Position numbers and translations under genes: made by a program. A DNA stretch of 63,798 bases, the filler included, from Nemertoderma westbladi (Eukaryota > Animalia > Xenacoelomorpha): NCBI GenBank assembly GCA_032718475.1. It is 4 parts of 4 records of this genome, joined end to end, with 100 filler letters (N's around TTAATTAATTAA, not from the genome) between each part and the next. Parts side by side here need not be neighbours in the genome. Positions count along the whole stretch, not along the records: positions 1 to 23,843 come from JAUCBJ010002308.1; 3 more parts are not named here. One strand, written 5' to 3'. Shown one piece after another: positions 10,895-23,355 of the stretch. Position 1 is the stretch's first letter. Each line of letters starts with the position of its first letter. The notes under the pieces are model-generated. The model was not told the origin of the DNA and did not search any database. It saw only the letters and a list, made by a program, of their open reading frames with translations.

Positions 10895-12012
10895 CAAGTC
10901 CCTAAAAGGTGCCATCCTGCTCCATAGCGCGGGAAATTCAAATGATTGAAAGACATGTTATTTGTACTGGAATATATTGGTGGTAAATTCAAATCTGTTT
11001 TAACATTGAATACATGAATAGAGTAAGACCAATCTGCCAATGTAATTCATTGAATCAGAATAAATTATTTATTATCGGTTTAACTCACTCATCCGTTAAC
11101 GTTGTTGATTTATCTATTCTGGGACTTCGAGCAGCACGTGAACGAACAACTAAACCAGCACGCTAACTACCGGTAGTCTGGGGCTTCGAGCACCACGTGA
11201 AACAACTAAACTAGCTGGTTACCTAGTCTGGGACTCCGAGCAGCACGTGAACAACTAAACCTGCACGTTAACTAGTCTGGGACTTCGAGCAGCACGTGAA
11301 AAACTAAGCTGACTGGTTAACTAGTCTGGGATTTCAAGCAGCACGTGTACAACTATGCTGCCTGGTTATCATGTCTGGGACTTCGAGCAGCACGTAAACA
11401 ACTAAGCTATGACTGGTTAACTAGTCTGGTACATGTCTGGGACAGATATAGCAGTATAGGCAGAAGCATTATACACCTATTGTTATTACAGTAGGCCTAC
11501 CTGCGATATATTTTACTATCAGTTCCCTGCTATATTGTTATAATTATAATGTTCTGATGTAATTATAACTGATACAAGCAAATAATAAACATTTTACATT
11601 ACAAATTATTTATTACAAATTTACATTTTACTGATAGAAGTTAAGCCAAATCCCCCGATGCCCCCCCCCCCCCCCCCCCCCTCCTCAATTTGCAATTTTG
11701 CTCTAAGTCCCAGACTAGTTAACCAGTCAGCTTAGTTGTTCACGTGCTGCTCGAAGTCCCAGAATAGATAAAACAACAACAATAACGGATGAGTGATTTA
11801 AACCGATAAGAAATAATTTATTCTGATTCAATGAATTACATTTAGTCTTACTCTATTCATGTATTCAATGTTAAAACAGATTTGAATTTACCGCCAAAAT
11901 ATAGGTAGCAGATCTGATCTGCCACCCTTTCCAGTACAAATTACATGTCTTTCAATCATTTGAATTGCTATGGAGCAGGGCTGCAGGGTGGCACCTTTTA
12001 CTACGGACTTGT
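10895..12012. mobile_element. Foldback/MITE with long inverted arms and internal about 48-bp tandem repeats
   Basis: About 10895-11300 is inverted relative to about 11705-12012; CTGGGACTTCGAGCAGCACGTGAAC repeats at 11119-11440; arm fragment also at about 33015-33095. Confidence 0.75.
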
Positions 12013-14135
12013 ATAATTCTGCACTACCCTGCTACCCGTCAGCCCGTAGCTTAGGCCTATACAGTTATACGGGACATAGGCCAGTAGGCTATACTGACAT
12101 ACTGTTCTACTAGCAGACTAGGCCTACTGCCTGACTGTTTACCGTTTGCGAGGTAAGCCACTAACCAGACTAACGGTACCTAACCCTAACTAACACTACC
12201 AGTAAGCCTATGCTGCTATGCCTAACTTGAACTTCTGTTCACAGCCGTATGCAGGTATGCGGCTCATAACGCAGAGTACGGTACCCGACAAAACATGAGA
12301 GTAAAAACCCTGTTATATAAATGCTTTAAGTTGTTATGGGCTGCTCTGTTTGATTGGTTGGTATGTGATTACTTCTGTATCTGTACTTGCTAATCTTGGC
12401 CAGTATTAAATGCACTATATCAACAAGCAATCAATGTAACTTAGTACGGTAGTTCAGTAGTTTACATTTAAATATTAACAGTATGCCGGTTACTCTATGT
12501 TCTCTCATACTCTAACAGTCTAACCAACTTACCTAATGCAGTAATGAGTGATTGTTTGCAGTGACTGAAGTAACAATAAACGTTGTTGTTGGTTACCTCA
12601 TAACCCATAACCAAAACAATAAACTGTGTTGGCCAGGTTACTACATGGTGTCGCTTTTCTTTTCTAACCCAAACAATATAAGTTGTTGTTACAATAAATA
12701 ATAGGCCTACTACTGTAGGCCTACTATAAATAATTATTACCGGTACCCAGTACCACCGAATTATATTTTATTGGTTATACATATCTGCCGTTTTGTGTTC
12801 TTTTTACCTTACATCTTTATTCCAAAATAAAAAAATAAATATAGTTCGTGTAATAAAAATCATTATTATTCTATCCATTATCCTACATTCCTACCACACC
12901 AACCTGCTCCTTTCCCTCACTTAATCATTATCATTGTTAATTCGCCAGGACGTGTTTTTAATTCACCAAGATAGATTTAGAGACTAACCCCCCCCCCCCC
13001 CCCCCCCCCCCCCATTTATAAAACAGGCAATAGGCCTATCATTGGATGTTCAGAAGATAATTGCTTGGGTTTTTACTCTCATAAATTAGAGATAAATCGG
13101 TAGGCGACTTGCTCATGTCCCGACAAAGGCCTAACTGCCGAGGCCTAATCGGTTTGCATTGAATTAATACTGTAATAAGACTATGAAACAGTAAAATGTT
13201 ATACTGTTATAGGCTGATAGGTAACTAGGCTAGCCAATTAAATGTGTGGGGGTTAAACGGAACTTTGCAGATGTCCGGAATTACCCACGAACACACCTTA
13301 CTTTACCGGTATTTATTCTTAACACATCTCTAATAATAATTTCACTCACGTTTTTCTCCAGTACCAGTGCCGAGCCCTTGTTACAAGTCACACGAATAGT
13401 TATGTGTGTAGCAATTGTAGCAGCATACTGGCATACCGGTCCGGTAGTAATAATGATACTTACGGTGGCTGAAAGCGGCCAAAACAATCACTACCTGTAC
13501 TTTATAATATTTATTTTTGATCAGCATTTTTTTCTTGAATTTCAACCCGGGTTGAAATTCAAAAAAAAATTGATAAAAATAAAAAGTGGCTGCTTTCAAC
13601 CACCATAGATTATAGATACCGGTACTAGTATTAGCTTCATTGAACATTAAATATAAAATAAATTACACCTGTAATGTATGTATAGGTTTCCAGAGGTTAT
13701 AAAAATAGTGTTTATAAAACGTTTGCGATTATAATGTGAAACTGTCAATTAGATTTGTATTAGGATCAATAATATTGTCGCTGCATTAATTTCAATTGTG
13801 TCCATAGACTTAGCATTGGAATGCTGAATGGAAGAAAAAAATACAATCAATTACTAATACAACTTATAACTGTATAAGTTCACATAACGTACAGAAAACA
13901 TTAGGCCTAATATAACTGTTGTGTCCGTGCAAAAGATGATGAAAATTAATTTGTAATGTTAACTCAATAAATGTAGGCATTGGTAATCAAATCATACATT
14001 GACTATTCAATTTCTGATTTCCTAGATGCTGTAGGCTTGGCTTAGACTGATGATAATGTTATATAGGCCTACTTCTTGACAATGATTTGGATTTACTATT
14101 TCTAAATTCTGTATTTTTATAAACAATATTTCAAA

Positions 14136-17100
14136 ATGCCAACCAAAAGTACCATAACAGCCACTGATGTAGACGTTCATGTTAAACGCTTACATAGTCA
14201 GTATGCTGGAAACCCATTCCAGATGTCTTTGCAAGGATACAACATTGCAAAACTTTATTACGATGTTAGCAACTTTACATCAGCATTGGTAAATATTAAT
14301 GCTTATCTGTCTGTGCGTCCGCAGGATCCCAAAGGGTTTGCTCTCTGTGGGCGCATTCATTTAGAGAGAAAAGACACCTTGCAAACGTTAGAGAACTATA
14401 AGAAATGTGTTACTCTTGATCCCACTAATAAAGATATAGTTAATGAAGCTACCACAATAGCTTGCAACGACGAATGTGTCACAGATGACATGAAGGAATT
14501 TTGGGTAAATTTATCGAAATCATTGCATCGCTCTCATGTTGGCTCTGACAGGGCTACTGTATTTGAATCTTGGGCTTCGTTCAAACAGAAATTAGAATCA
14601 TTACTTAACGATAATGAGCTAGATGCTGTTTACTCTCATTTTCTAGATATACATAAAGATCGGTTGTTTGCCAATGATGTCGATTACCATTGTTATGCCT
14701 CAGAATTTCTTCAGGATTACATTCTTTACATTTCAGATGAAGACAAATCAGATAGTTTGAAATTCTCAGCATTTAATTTAATGCTGTTTCACATCTTTTC
14801 CGAAATTGAATTAAGTCTCTCAGAAAAACGTCCTCATAGTTACATTAATAAGAGACTGAAAGTCATTGACAAAGAAATGCTTCGGTTTAACTTCAATTTT
14901 ACAAAGAAAAGTCCTGTTGAAGCTGAAGTTTTTTCTTCCATTCAATCTGAATACTATTATATGCTATGTGGCACTGTTTCCAGACTCCATACAACAAGTG
15001 GTGAGGATGCTCCAGAATTAGCTGTTGTTTGTGCTATTTTATCACTCCTTGTTCCCTCCAACAGGGCATCTTCCTCCACAAATGCCTCTAATGATCAGAA
15101 AGTATGGGAATTCAAGAATGCTCGGCGCCAGAGTATATTGGTGCGATACGTTAAGCGGGAAATGCGACAGAAATCGGCTGACTGGTTAACTTACTTATCC
15201 TCAAGATGGGCCACTGCCAGTGGCAAAAAGAGGTTATATGATCTGGCTATTGGGATTGATAAGCAGTCCTATAAAACCTCTTTCCTTATCCATGATAGCA
15301 ACTGGGAATGTTTAGACATTGGTCACCTTAAACTGGATAATGTTGTTGAACATGACAAAGTGTTTATAGATCAGACTTATGATAACCTTGATATTATGTG
15401 CTGGCTGCACGAACCTTATCGACAGGCGCCAAATGAAATAGGACACCAGCCATTACTCAGGTATATCCTTCACCCTTCTCTACCCAATGTGCGTCTTCTT
15501 TCAACTGAAAACAGCTGTGGATCCTGGAATATGTCTGTTGCATGGTTACAAATCGAACTTTTTGTTGAGGCTTGTTCTTACATTTCTAGAAAACAATATC
15601 AGATAGAGAAGTTGCCACTTTCGCTGCAGCTTGTTACTGGTTCCCAGCGGCTTTTATGGAAATCCGTTTGCCGATTCTTAAATCCAGCTGATAGTCATCC
15701 CCGGAAAGGGGATAGTAATAATGGCAACTTCAGGATTAATGCAATGACATTACTCAGCAGTCTTCATGTTGATAACCTGGATCCTTTACTTTTGGTACAT
15801 TTGAGTGGCAAATTTGTCAGTCTGTCTTCTCTTGATCCGAATACGAAATTGCAATCTGAATACAGTAATATTGCTATTAATTTGTTTAAGTCATCCATTA
15901 ATAAGTTAACAAGGTTGGCATCTTCATTGGTCCCTATCTCTCTTGGAAATGGTTTATTAAGTGTAAATCAACCTATTGATTCCGAAACAGCTCAGCAGCT
16001 TTTGGAAAGTCAGCGCTTAGCTTTTGCTGAGATGTTGTATGATATTGGTGATGAAGAATGTGCCATTAATGTCCTTGATGAATCGCGATCAGAAAACGCA
16101 GATAGATTGAAGTCCAAATTATTGTTATCATTAAACGCTAATAAGACAAGTGGTTTTGAGTATAGAGACAATTCCATTCAAGCTGAAGGTTTCTACACCT
16201 CAAATATCGATGAGATAACTTCTTTTAATGCAGTTGCAGGATTGCCGCATCATCACGGCCTGGATCGACTATCAAGTTCAATCAATAATGAGAATTATGC
16301 TGATATAAATCACGCTACTGTGCAAAATGCAGTGATGATCGAGATTAACGAAAAGTTAAGCCAGTTGAAACTTGACTTGCAGAGTACTATTAAAACTAAT
16401 CAGTCATCCATAAATGAAAGATTGATAGTATTGGAGACTGAGGTAAAGTGTATGCGAGAACTAGTTTCATCGCAACTACAGAGACCCATTGTTATCAATT
16501 TCCAGGGCCCCCCAGTTGGGATCGATGGGGCACCTTCGGCAGTTTCATCCGCTTCTATACAACCACCCACACCCTTGTATCCCACTGATGGAGCACCTGC
16601 TGTAGTGCAATCGGCTTCGGTACAACCACACTCACCATTGTATCCCACCTACACCACATCTGCTAGGAGTCAAGTTTCTTCAGTGTCACCTGTTGTGCAG
16701 AAATCGTCTTCACTCCAAACATCACCTTGGTCTGGTACAAATGTGAACAATCAGCCTTTTGCTTTGAATAATTCTCCATTATTTCCTCTATCATCTTCTA
16801 CATTATTGACATCTACCGCTATTACACCTCAAATCTCATCGAGCAGTGGTATTTATTCCCATCAGATGGCTAAAAATTCCTTATTCAAATCAACACCACA
16901 ACCTGTGGTTGCTTCAAGTACTATTACTATGTTTGGGTCGCCAATGTTTCCGCAGCTATCTTCTTCATTTGTTACTATGCCACAGACAGCAGCCAAGGGT
17001 GAGCCTTTTATTGCTCCTTTGTCTACCAAAGGTCAATCACCATTAGCTGGTGTTAAGTTATCAGATACTGTTGCTCCCTTATCTGTAAAAGGTCAGTCCC

Positions 17101-19634
17101 CATTTGCCGGCGTCAATTTATCTGAAGGTTCCAAACCGAAACCATTGTTTTCCAATTTCCCAGAGTTGAGTATTTCAACAAGGGAACGACGCCGTACCAC
17201 CAGTAGTGAGAAATCTCCTGGGGTTGTAAGCGACAGTTATGCAGAAGAAGAGGATACTGGAGGTTACTTTGCTCCAGTTGTGCAGCTTCCCAAGTCAGTT
17301 GATATCGCTACAGGAGAAGAGAACGAACAAGTTGTGTTCTCAGAACGTGCTAAGCTCTACCGATTTCATGATGAACAATGGAAAGACAGGGGTGTTGGCA
17401 TAGTAAAGATTTTAAAAGAAAAATCAACCAAAAAAGCGCGTCTAGTTATGCGTAGAGACCAAGTTCTCAAGCTATGTGCCAATCATTACCTGACAGCCGA
17501 TATGGAATTAAAGCCTCACCCTGCTGCAGTGCGTTCCTTGATATGGTGGGCGCAAGATTTCTCGGGAGAAGAGTCTGCAGTTGAACAGTTTGCAATTAGG
17601 TTCAAATCTGATGAACTTGTTTCTGCTTTTAAAGATGCTTTCGACTCGTGTAAGCTTTATTCATCAATATCTTCACCAAAACGAAATGGCAAAGTAATAG
17701 TTAATTTACCTTCAGGAAACACCTGGTCTTGTCCTAGTTGTTTAATCAACAACGATTCCGATGATACCACTTGCGTTGCTTGTCATACTTGTAAGCCAGG
17801 AACTAGTGCTGACAGCAAAGACATCAAAGGTGAACAACTCAGTAATACTTTTTTTGATCGACATCGCAAAGAAACACAGGCGGGATGGCAATGTCCAACT
17901 TGTTTAGTCTCTAATACCGCATCTGCAGTTAGTTGTGTGGCTTGCTCAACTGCAGACCCCGCACAGAAAACATCGGTAATTTCTGAGCCATCTAAATCCA
18001 CTGTTATTTCTCCACCAAAATTCCCATTATTTTCGTTTGGAAGTTCAACTGGTAAGTCTTCATTTGGCTCTCCAGGCTTTGTGTTTGGTACCGACAGTCC
18101 TAACACTCAAGCCAATTCAGCCATCCCCAAACCAGGTCTGTTTGGTCAGCCGCAGTCACAGCCAAATGTTCCTTCATCGAATATGTTGTTCTCTGGGGTA
18201 TTTGGTGCTCCCAAAGGGCCGGGCTCTACTACAATAGCACCATCAAACAAACAGTCACCCACTGTATTTGGACAACCAACTCAAGAACCCCAGATCAACC
18301 AACCGGCTGGTGTGTTTGGTGCCTTCTCATTCACACAAGTTGCTGGTGCTGCCCCCACTGTGACTGCTGGGCCACCAACGTTTGATCTCTCAGGAGACGC
18401 GCCACCGTTCACTTTTGGTTCTCTATTTGGAGGAACCACGACCACAAGCAATAATGTGCTTGATTGTTCCGAACTTAAGAATTCTTTCGCCATTATGGAA
18501 AATGTGCATGACAAGGTTCAGTTTGCTGACGAGGACTGCCCTGACCCCTATGAGTTTGATGAATCCTACTACGATGATAATTATTACTACGGTGATGTTG
18601 AAGAGGATGTTGATGACTACGACAGCGCCGATGAATGCGACCAGAATCAGCATCGTTCCCCGATGCATCGAGAAGAAGGCGCCCAGGCTTATCGCCAGAA
18701 TGCCACATCTGTCAGCGCTATTGAATCGCCAAGGGGCGACAATAATGATGTTGTTTTTGTAACAGAGATTGTTCCAACCAAGGAGGAGATTAAACTAGCT
18801 GAGTCATTGTTGCTCCCAAATACGTTTTACCTTTATAAAAGGAAACCGCCTTGCCGAGGTTGTGTCGGTTGTGAATATGAACTAAAGTCTCAATTTTGTT
18901 TGTCTAATGATAATGACATACATTACAGCGAGGAATCTGCGGATAAACCCACTGAAACAACCAACAATACGGTAACCGAAGCTAATGCTGGAGTCGAGTC
19001 GGTTGTCTTCTCCAATACTCAGACAACATCAGCTGGTTTTACTTTGAATAGCAATTTCGCCAATTTTTCTACGGGTATCGATTTCGCTTCATTGGCAGCA
19101 TCGCAGTCAGACAATGCGTTCAAAAATGATCCATCCAAGTCATTTAAAGGAGACCTCAGACCGATATTTGGCACCCCTAGCCGAGACACCGAGGGGCAGG
19201 ACGACGACGACGGCTCAAACATACACTTCGATCCGGTTGTTAAACTCGATAAAGTCGAGACATTATCGGGCGAGGAAGACGAGATAGTGGAGTTCGAGGA
19301 GCGAGCGAAGTTGTACCGATTCGTCGGGGATCAGTGGAAGGAACGTGGGATCGGTCAGATCAAACTGTTGCTGCATAAAACGGGGCAGCGCGGACGCGTG
19401 CTGATGCGCAGGGAGCAGATTCTACTGCTGTGCGCCAACCATATCATAGCCAAGGATATGAGTCTACAGCCCCTTGGTTCGGCGACTGGTAAGGCATGGG
19501 TCTGGGTTGCTAGGGACTACGCCGATGGAGGGGAGGGAGTTGTGGAGAAACTCGCAGTCAGGTTTAAGTTTGAAGAAACAGCTGCAAAGTTTAAGGAAAT
19601 CTTTGAATATATTCAGAACTTGACCTGTAATTAA
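14136..19634 (+). CDS. RANBP2: RanBP2/Nup358-like nucleoporin, 1832 aa, intronless CDS
   Basis: N-terminal TPR-like region (IAKLYY...YLSVRPQD), RanBD1 (TGEENEQVVFSERAKLYRF...WKDRGVG...RRDQVLKLCANH), two RanBP2-type zinc fingers (WSCPSCLINN, WQCPTCLVSN), FG repeats, LLLPNTFYLYK..PCRGCVGC segment, RanBD2; AATAAA at 19650. Confidence 0.95.
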   Translation: MPTKSTITATDVDVHVKRLHSQYAGNPFQMSLQGYNIAKLYYDVSNFTSALVNINAYLSVRPQDPKGFALCGRIHLERKDTLQTLENYKKCVTLDPTNKDIVNEATTIACNDECVTDDMKEFWVNLSKSLHRSHVGSDRATVFESWASFKQKLESLLNDNELDAVYSHFLDIHKDRLFANDVDYHCYASEFLQDYILYISDEDKSDSLKFSAFNLMLFHIFSEIELSLSEKRPHSYINKRLKVIDKEMLRFNFNFTKKSPVEAEVFSSIQSEYYYMLCGTVSRLHTTSGEDAPELAVVCAILSLLVPSNRASSSTNASNDQKVWEFKNARRQSILVRYVKREMRQKSADWLTYLSSRWATASGKKRLYDLAIGIDKQSYKTSFLIHDSNWECLDIGHLKLDNVVEHDKVFIDQTYDNLDIMCWLHEPYRQAPNEIGHQPLLRYILHPSLPNVRLLSTENSCGSWNMSVAWLQIELFVEACSYISRKQYQIEKLPLSLQLVTGSQRLLWKSVCRFLNPADSHPRKGDSNNGNFRINAMTLLSSLHVDNLDPLLLVHLSGKFVSLSSLDPNTKLQSEYSNIAINLFKSSINKLTRLASSLVPISLGNGLLSVNQPIDSETAQQLLESQRLAFAEMLYDIGDEECAINVLDESRSENADRLKSKLLLSLNANKTSGFEYRDNSIQAEGFYTSNIDEITSFNAVAGLPHHHGLDRLSSSINNENYADINHATVQNAVMIEINEKLSQLKLDLQSTIKTNQSSINERLIVLETEVKCMRELVSSQLQRPIVINFQGPPVGIDGAPSAVSSASIQPPTPLYPTDGAPAVVQSASVQPHSPLYPTYTTSARSQVSSVSPVVQKSSSLQTSPWSGTNVNNQPFALNNSPLFPLSSSTLLTSTAITPQISSSSGIYSHQMAKNSLFKSTPQPVVASSTITMFGSPMFPQLSSSFVTMPQTAAKGEPFIAPLSTKGQSPLAGVKLSDTVAPLSVKGQSPFAGVNLSEGSKPKPLFSNFPELSISTRERRRTTSSEKSPGVVSDSYAEEEDTGGYFAPVVQLPKSVDIATGEENEQVVFSERAKLYRFHDEQWKDRGVGIVKILKEKSTKKARLVMRRDQVLKLCANHYLTADMELKPHPAAVRSLIWWAQDFSGEESAVEQFAIRFKSDELVSAFKDAFDSCKLYSSISSPKRNGKVIVNLPSGNTWSCPSCLINNDSDDTTCVACHTCKPGTSADSKDIKGEQLSNTFFDRHRKETQAGWQCPTCLVSNTASAVSCVACSTADPAQKTSVISEPSKSTVISPPKFPLFSFGSSTGKSSFGSPGFVFGTDSPNTQANSAIPKPGLFGQPQSQPNVPSSNMLFSGVFGAPKGPGSTTIAPSNKQSPTVFGQPTQEPQINQPAGVFGAFSFTQVAGAAPTVTAGPPTFDLSGDAPPFTFGSLFGGTTTTSNNVLDCSELKNSFAIMENVHDKVQFADEDCPDPYEFDESYYDDNYYYGDVEEDVDDYDSADECDQNQHRSPMHREEGAQAYRQNATSVSAIESPRGDNNDVVFVTEIVPTKEEIKLAESLLLPNTFYLYKRKPPCRGCVGCEYELKSQFCLSNDNDIHYSEESADKPTETTNNTVTEANAGVESVVFSNTQTTSAGFTLNSNFANFSTGIDFASLAASQSDNAFKNDPSKSFKGDLRPIFGTPSRDTEGQDDDDGSNIHFDPVVKLDKVETLSGEEDEIVEFEERAKLYRFVGDQWKERGIGQIKLLLHKTGQRGRVLMRREQILLLCANHIIAKDMSLQPLGSATGKAWVWVARDYADGGEGVVEKLAVRFKFEETAAKFKEIFEYIQNLTCN

Positions 19635-20964
19635 CATTACTTACTGTGTAATAAATTGTATTATGGACATCAAATACTTTGTAGTGTTTTGGTTAAGTAT
19701 GCGTTACATTTTACCATATATTAATCATATATCTTTCTGTTTAAAGAAAGCACACTAGACTAATTTGTCATATATTTTTGGATATTGTGCCTGTTATTTA
19801 GGTAAAACCTTAATTATTACGAAATACCCACAGCTCATCTGTCCTACAAAGCTACATTTAAATGTACTAGATTACCATGCAGTATATTCTATATGGGGGA
19901 ATCTCACAAGAATTATTATATAGTTGAATTTGTTTTTTAACGTGAAGATGTAGATCTTGTGAATGCATCGTTATGGATCGATGTGATACAATGCCAATGG
20001 ATCTAATGGGGCCCGATTTAAAATCAAGAATTTTGTAAATATTTATGTAATGTTATCTAAACTAAACTTATTTTCACAATTTATTTCTTGTGATCGCAAA
20101 TACTAACAGTTTAAACTTATTTTGTTTTAAAAGTTTAACAATTTATCTATAAGGAAGTGCATCCAATTTAAATTTATCCCCTAGTTACTTTTCTAAAAAC
20201 TATGTGAAGTTATAGATGAACGTGAAACACTTGGGCAACCCTCTCTCTCTCTTGGTTATTACTTGTGTGGCAGGGTGTCTAACTCCAAGGGCCAGGTTGT
20301 TCCCTAATCGTCGCACCCGGTACCAAATCTCGAACACGAACCTCACAAACAAGTCGTGGGCAATATTTCGCAGTTATTTTGCTATATATTGCTATTTTAA
20401 TTTAGAAAGTAGATTGTTTCTTATTATTAATCGATGCTATTGAGTGTACAATATCCCCTTCAATGTGCATATCAAAAATCGTTTTAGAAACTTAAAAAAA
20501 TTGCCAGTGTGATTTGGAGGATTGCCAAGAGGTACAGAATAAAAAATACCCTGGTGTAGATGTATCGCTCGGTATACTATTATTATAGATGCAGAGGGAG
20601 GGAAGGGGGAGGGGCTTTCGATGCAAACAAAATTAATCCCTCTCCAGGGGACAATCAACGCAAATAACAGCTGATTCCTCTCAAAAATAAAACTGTAACC
20701 TGTTTTATTCTGTTGACCTTAGTTTATTGTTTTGGTTATAATAACGTCCGCTGTAACCTGCTCTTTTCCCTATTTGATAATTTAACATTGAGAATGATAT
20801 GTTAATTCTCCGAGATGGGATTTGCGTCGAGTCCTCACAACTTTTCGAGGCCCTGCTGTCTGGAACTCTGTGCCAGTCGACATAAGGACATAAAATCAAA
20901 ATCTTCGTTTTCTGAATCTTATAAAAAAATTTAAAAATATTTATTTTCAATTTGTTAAATCACA

Positions 20965-21113
20965 ACCTTCTAAAGATACGACCATGAAAGCTGCGTTCTA
21001 CCTACTAAATTTAGTAGGCACACGTTTCTAATAATAATTTCATATATTTTAAAACTGTGCCTACTAAATTTAATTGGTAGAATGTAGCTTTCATGGTCGT
21101 ATCTTTAGTAGGT
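20965..21113. mobile_element. Small palindromic MITE
   Basis: CTAAAGATACGACCATGAAAGCT ... AGCTTTCATGGTCGTATCTTTAG. Confidence 0.7.
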
Positions 21114-21898
21114 CATGGTTAAATCTCTTAACCAAAATCAATAACAGCCAAAGGAAAAATGTTTAACATTCCTTGTAATGGGGCGAAGCGCTGACCTCTG
21201 ACATATGGAATATAAATCCATACAGAATACAAAATAATGTACGACACAGAAATAGAAAGATTCATTGCTAATATTGCAAACGTCACATTCTTCGCGATTT
21301 TCTCGATATGCACGGAAAAGTTATGTAATACATTAAGCTGTGCAAAACGCCCTCAAAAGAGTACTGATTTAATACGTAAACACAATCCCTTAAAATTTCA
21401 CTGGAGTCCCACATTACGAACAAAATTATAATTGTTAATAATAAATCGAATATTTACTTAAGTGATAGTGGCAGGCGCGTTCACCTACATAAAATTGGAT
21501 TCATTTCAGAAGGTCCATCAGTTCCCCCCCCCCCCCCCCCCCCCCCCCCTCCCCCCCCCCCCCCCGATTTATTACTGTTAATATTAATATATGATAAAAA
21601 GCAAAACACAATTTAAATAAAATATGAAAAAAAGGCAGAACATTACATATCTTGGGGGTATCTTCCTTTTTATCATATTTTATTTTAATTGTGTTTGTTT
21701 TGTATCATGTATCTTAACAGTAATAAACCGCCGAAGACACCCGCCCCGCAACGGGCGAAAACGAAACGGGCATACCCTAACAATATTATTTTTTATTTTT
21801 TACAACACATGGCAAGACCCTCAACCGCCCTACTAAGGCTGCGTTCACACTACCGAGTCAAAGATAAAGTCGAATAATAATAGGAATAATAAATAATT

Positions 21899-23355
21899 TA
21901 ACTATTTACATACTTGTGTGTAAAATAGCACTCTACAGTGGGATGATCCCAGTGGCTTTGCTACACGAACGAACGTTAGTGAGTGAGTGAAAATAAAGCC
22001 ACGAGGATCAGAACACTATTCCAAAATTGTAACATTACTCAACGCCGTTAGTATTAACAGCGAGTTGTTATTTAGCACTTTACAACTTTAGAGGACATTA
22101 CAGCATTGTATTGGCCTGTACATTTAGTATTGTATTTGGTGTTATTGTTTACGTGGTAACCCATGACGGCGTTAAGTAATGTCCACTAAGGGGACATTAC
22201 TTAACGCCGTCATTGGATACCACGTAAACAATAGGTGGAAATTTGCCTGACAGCCAGATAGGCCTACTGCATTACCTACCGGTAGGCGGGGTATAGCTAT
22301 TAATAACCAGTAGGGCCTAGCTATATTATTATAACATGGCTCCAAACGCCACCATAAATATAAGCTAACTTATTTATAACATAATTTATGTCATTTTTAC
22401 ATTTATTTATACAGCAACTAATATAATTTGTGCAGTTTCTATCACTTATAATGTATATGTACAATCATTTCGTAATGTTAAAATTTTGGAATAAAACTAC
22501 ATACATACTTGTTGCAAAGTACTTTACAGTGTTCTGATCCTCGTGGCTTTATTTTCACTCACTCACTAACGTTCGTTCGTGTAACAAAGCCACTCGGATC
22601 ATCACACTGTAAAGTGCTACTTTACACACAACTATGTAAATAGTTATTGCAACATATATGTATGTAGTTTTATTACAAAATTGTATCATTACGAAATGAT
22701 GGTTTATATATTACAAGTGATAGAAAACTGCACAAAATTAAAATTAGTTTGCTGTATAAAAATAAAATGTAAAAATTGACATAAATTATGTTTATAAATA
22801 GGTTAGCGTATATTTTATGGCGGCGTTTTGCAGCCATGTTAATAGTTTTATAGCTACTGGTTATTAATAGCTTATACCCCCACCTAACCGGTAAGTAATG
22901 CAGTAGGCCCTCTGCAAAATACCAACCTATTGTTTTACGTGGTAACCAATGGACGCCGTAACTTTACAGCTCGCCGTCATTGGTTTACCACATAAAACAA
23001 GGGGACATTACAACACCCACTACAATACTAATTGTACAGGCCCAATTGCAATGCTGTAGTGGTGTGTCCCTCTAAAGTTGTAAAAGTGCTAAATAAACAA
23101 CTCGCTGTTGACTAGCGGCGTTGAGTAAGGCCGCGTTCACACTAACCGAGTCAAAGTCAAAAGAAAATAAATATAGCTAGCTAGCAATTATAAATAATAA
23201 TACATTATACATAGGCCTAATATAATAAATACATAATGGTGTTTCTAGAAAAAAAAATAAATTTTCTTGTTGTTTTTTTTTACATTTTTGTCTTTTTGAC
23301 TTTGACTTTTGACTCAGTAGTGTGAACGCGGGCCTAATGTTACAATTTTGGAATA
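21899..23355. mobile_element. Two copies of a HINE/Helentron-like element, one nested in the other in opposite orientation
   Basis: Forward copy 22017-22646 begins TATTCCAAAATTGTAACATTAC, has its inverted copy at 22472-22493 and then a 3' hairpin; the reverse copy is split into 21899-22016 and 22647-23355. Confidence 0.6.
23129..23334. mobile_element. PIF/Harbinger-like MITE (inner copy)
   Basis: GGCCGCGTTCACAC TIR with TAA TSD; the empty site (GAGTAATGTT on the minus strand) is visible in the sister arm near 22035. Confidence 0.85.

Noticed and set aside
4877-11440. CRISPR-like appearance of 29-48-bp repeats
   Set aside because: Units are contiguous with no unique spacers, no cas genes are present, and the context is eukaryotic introns.
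16400-19222. Small antisense and alternate-frame ORFs
   Set aside because: Shadows of the RanBP2 CDS.
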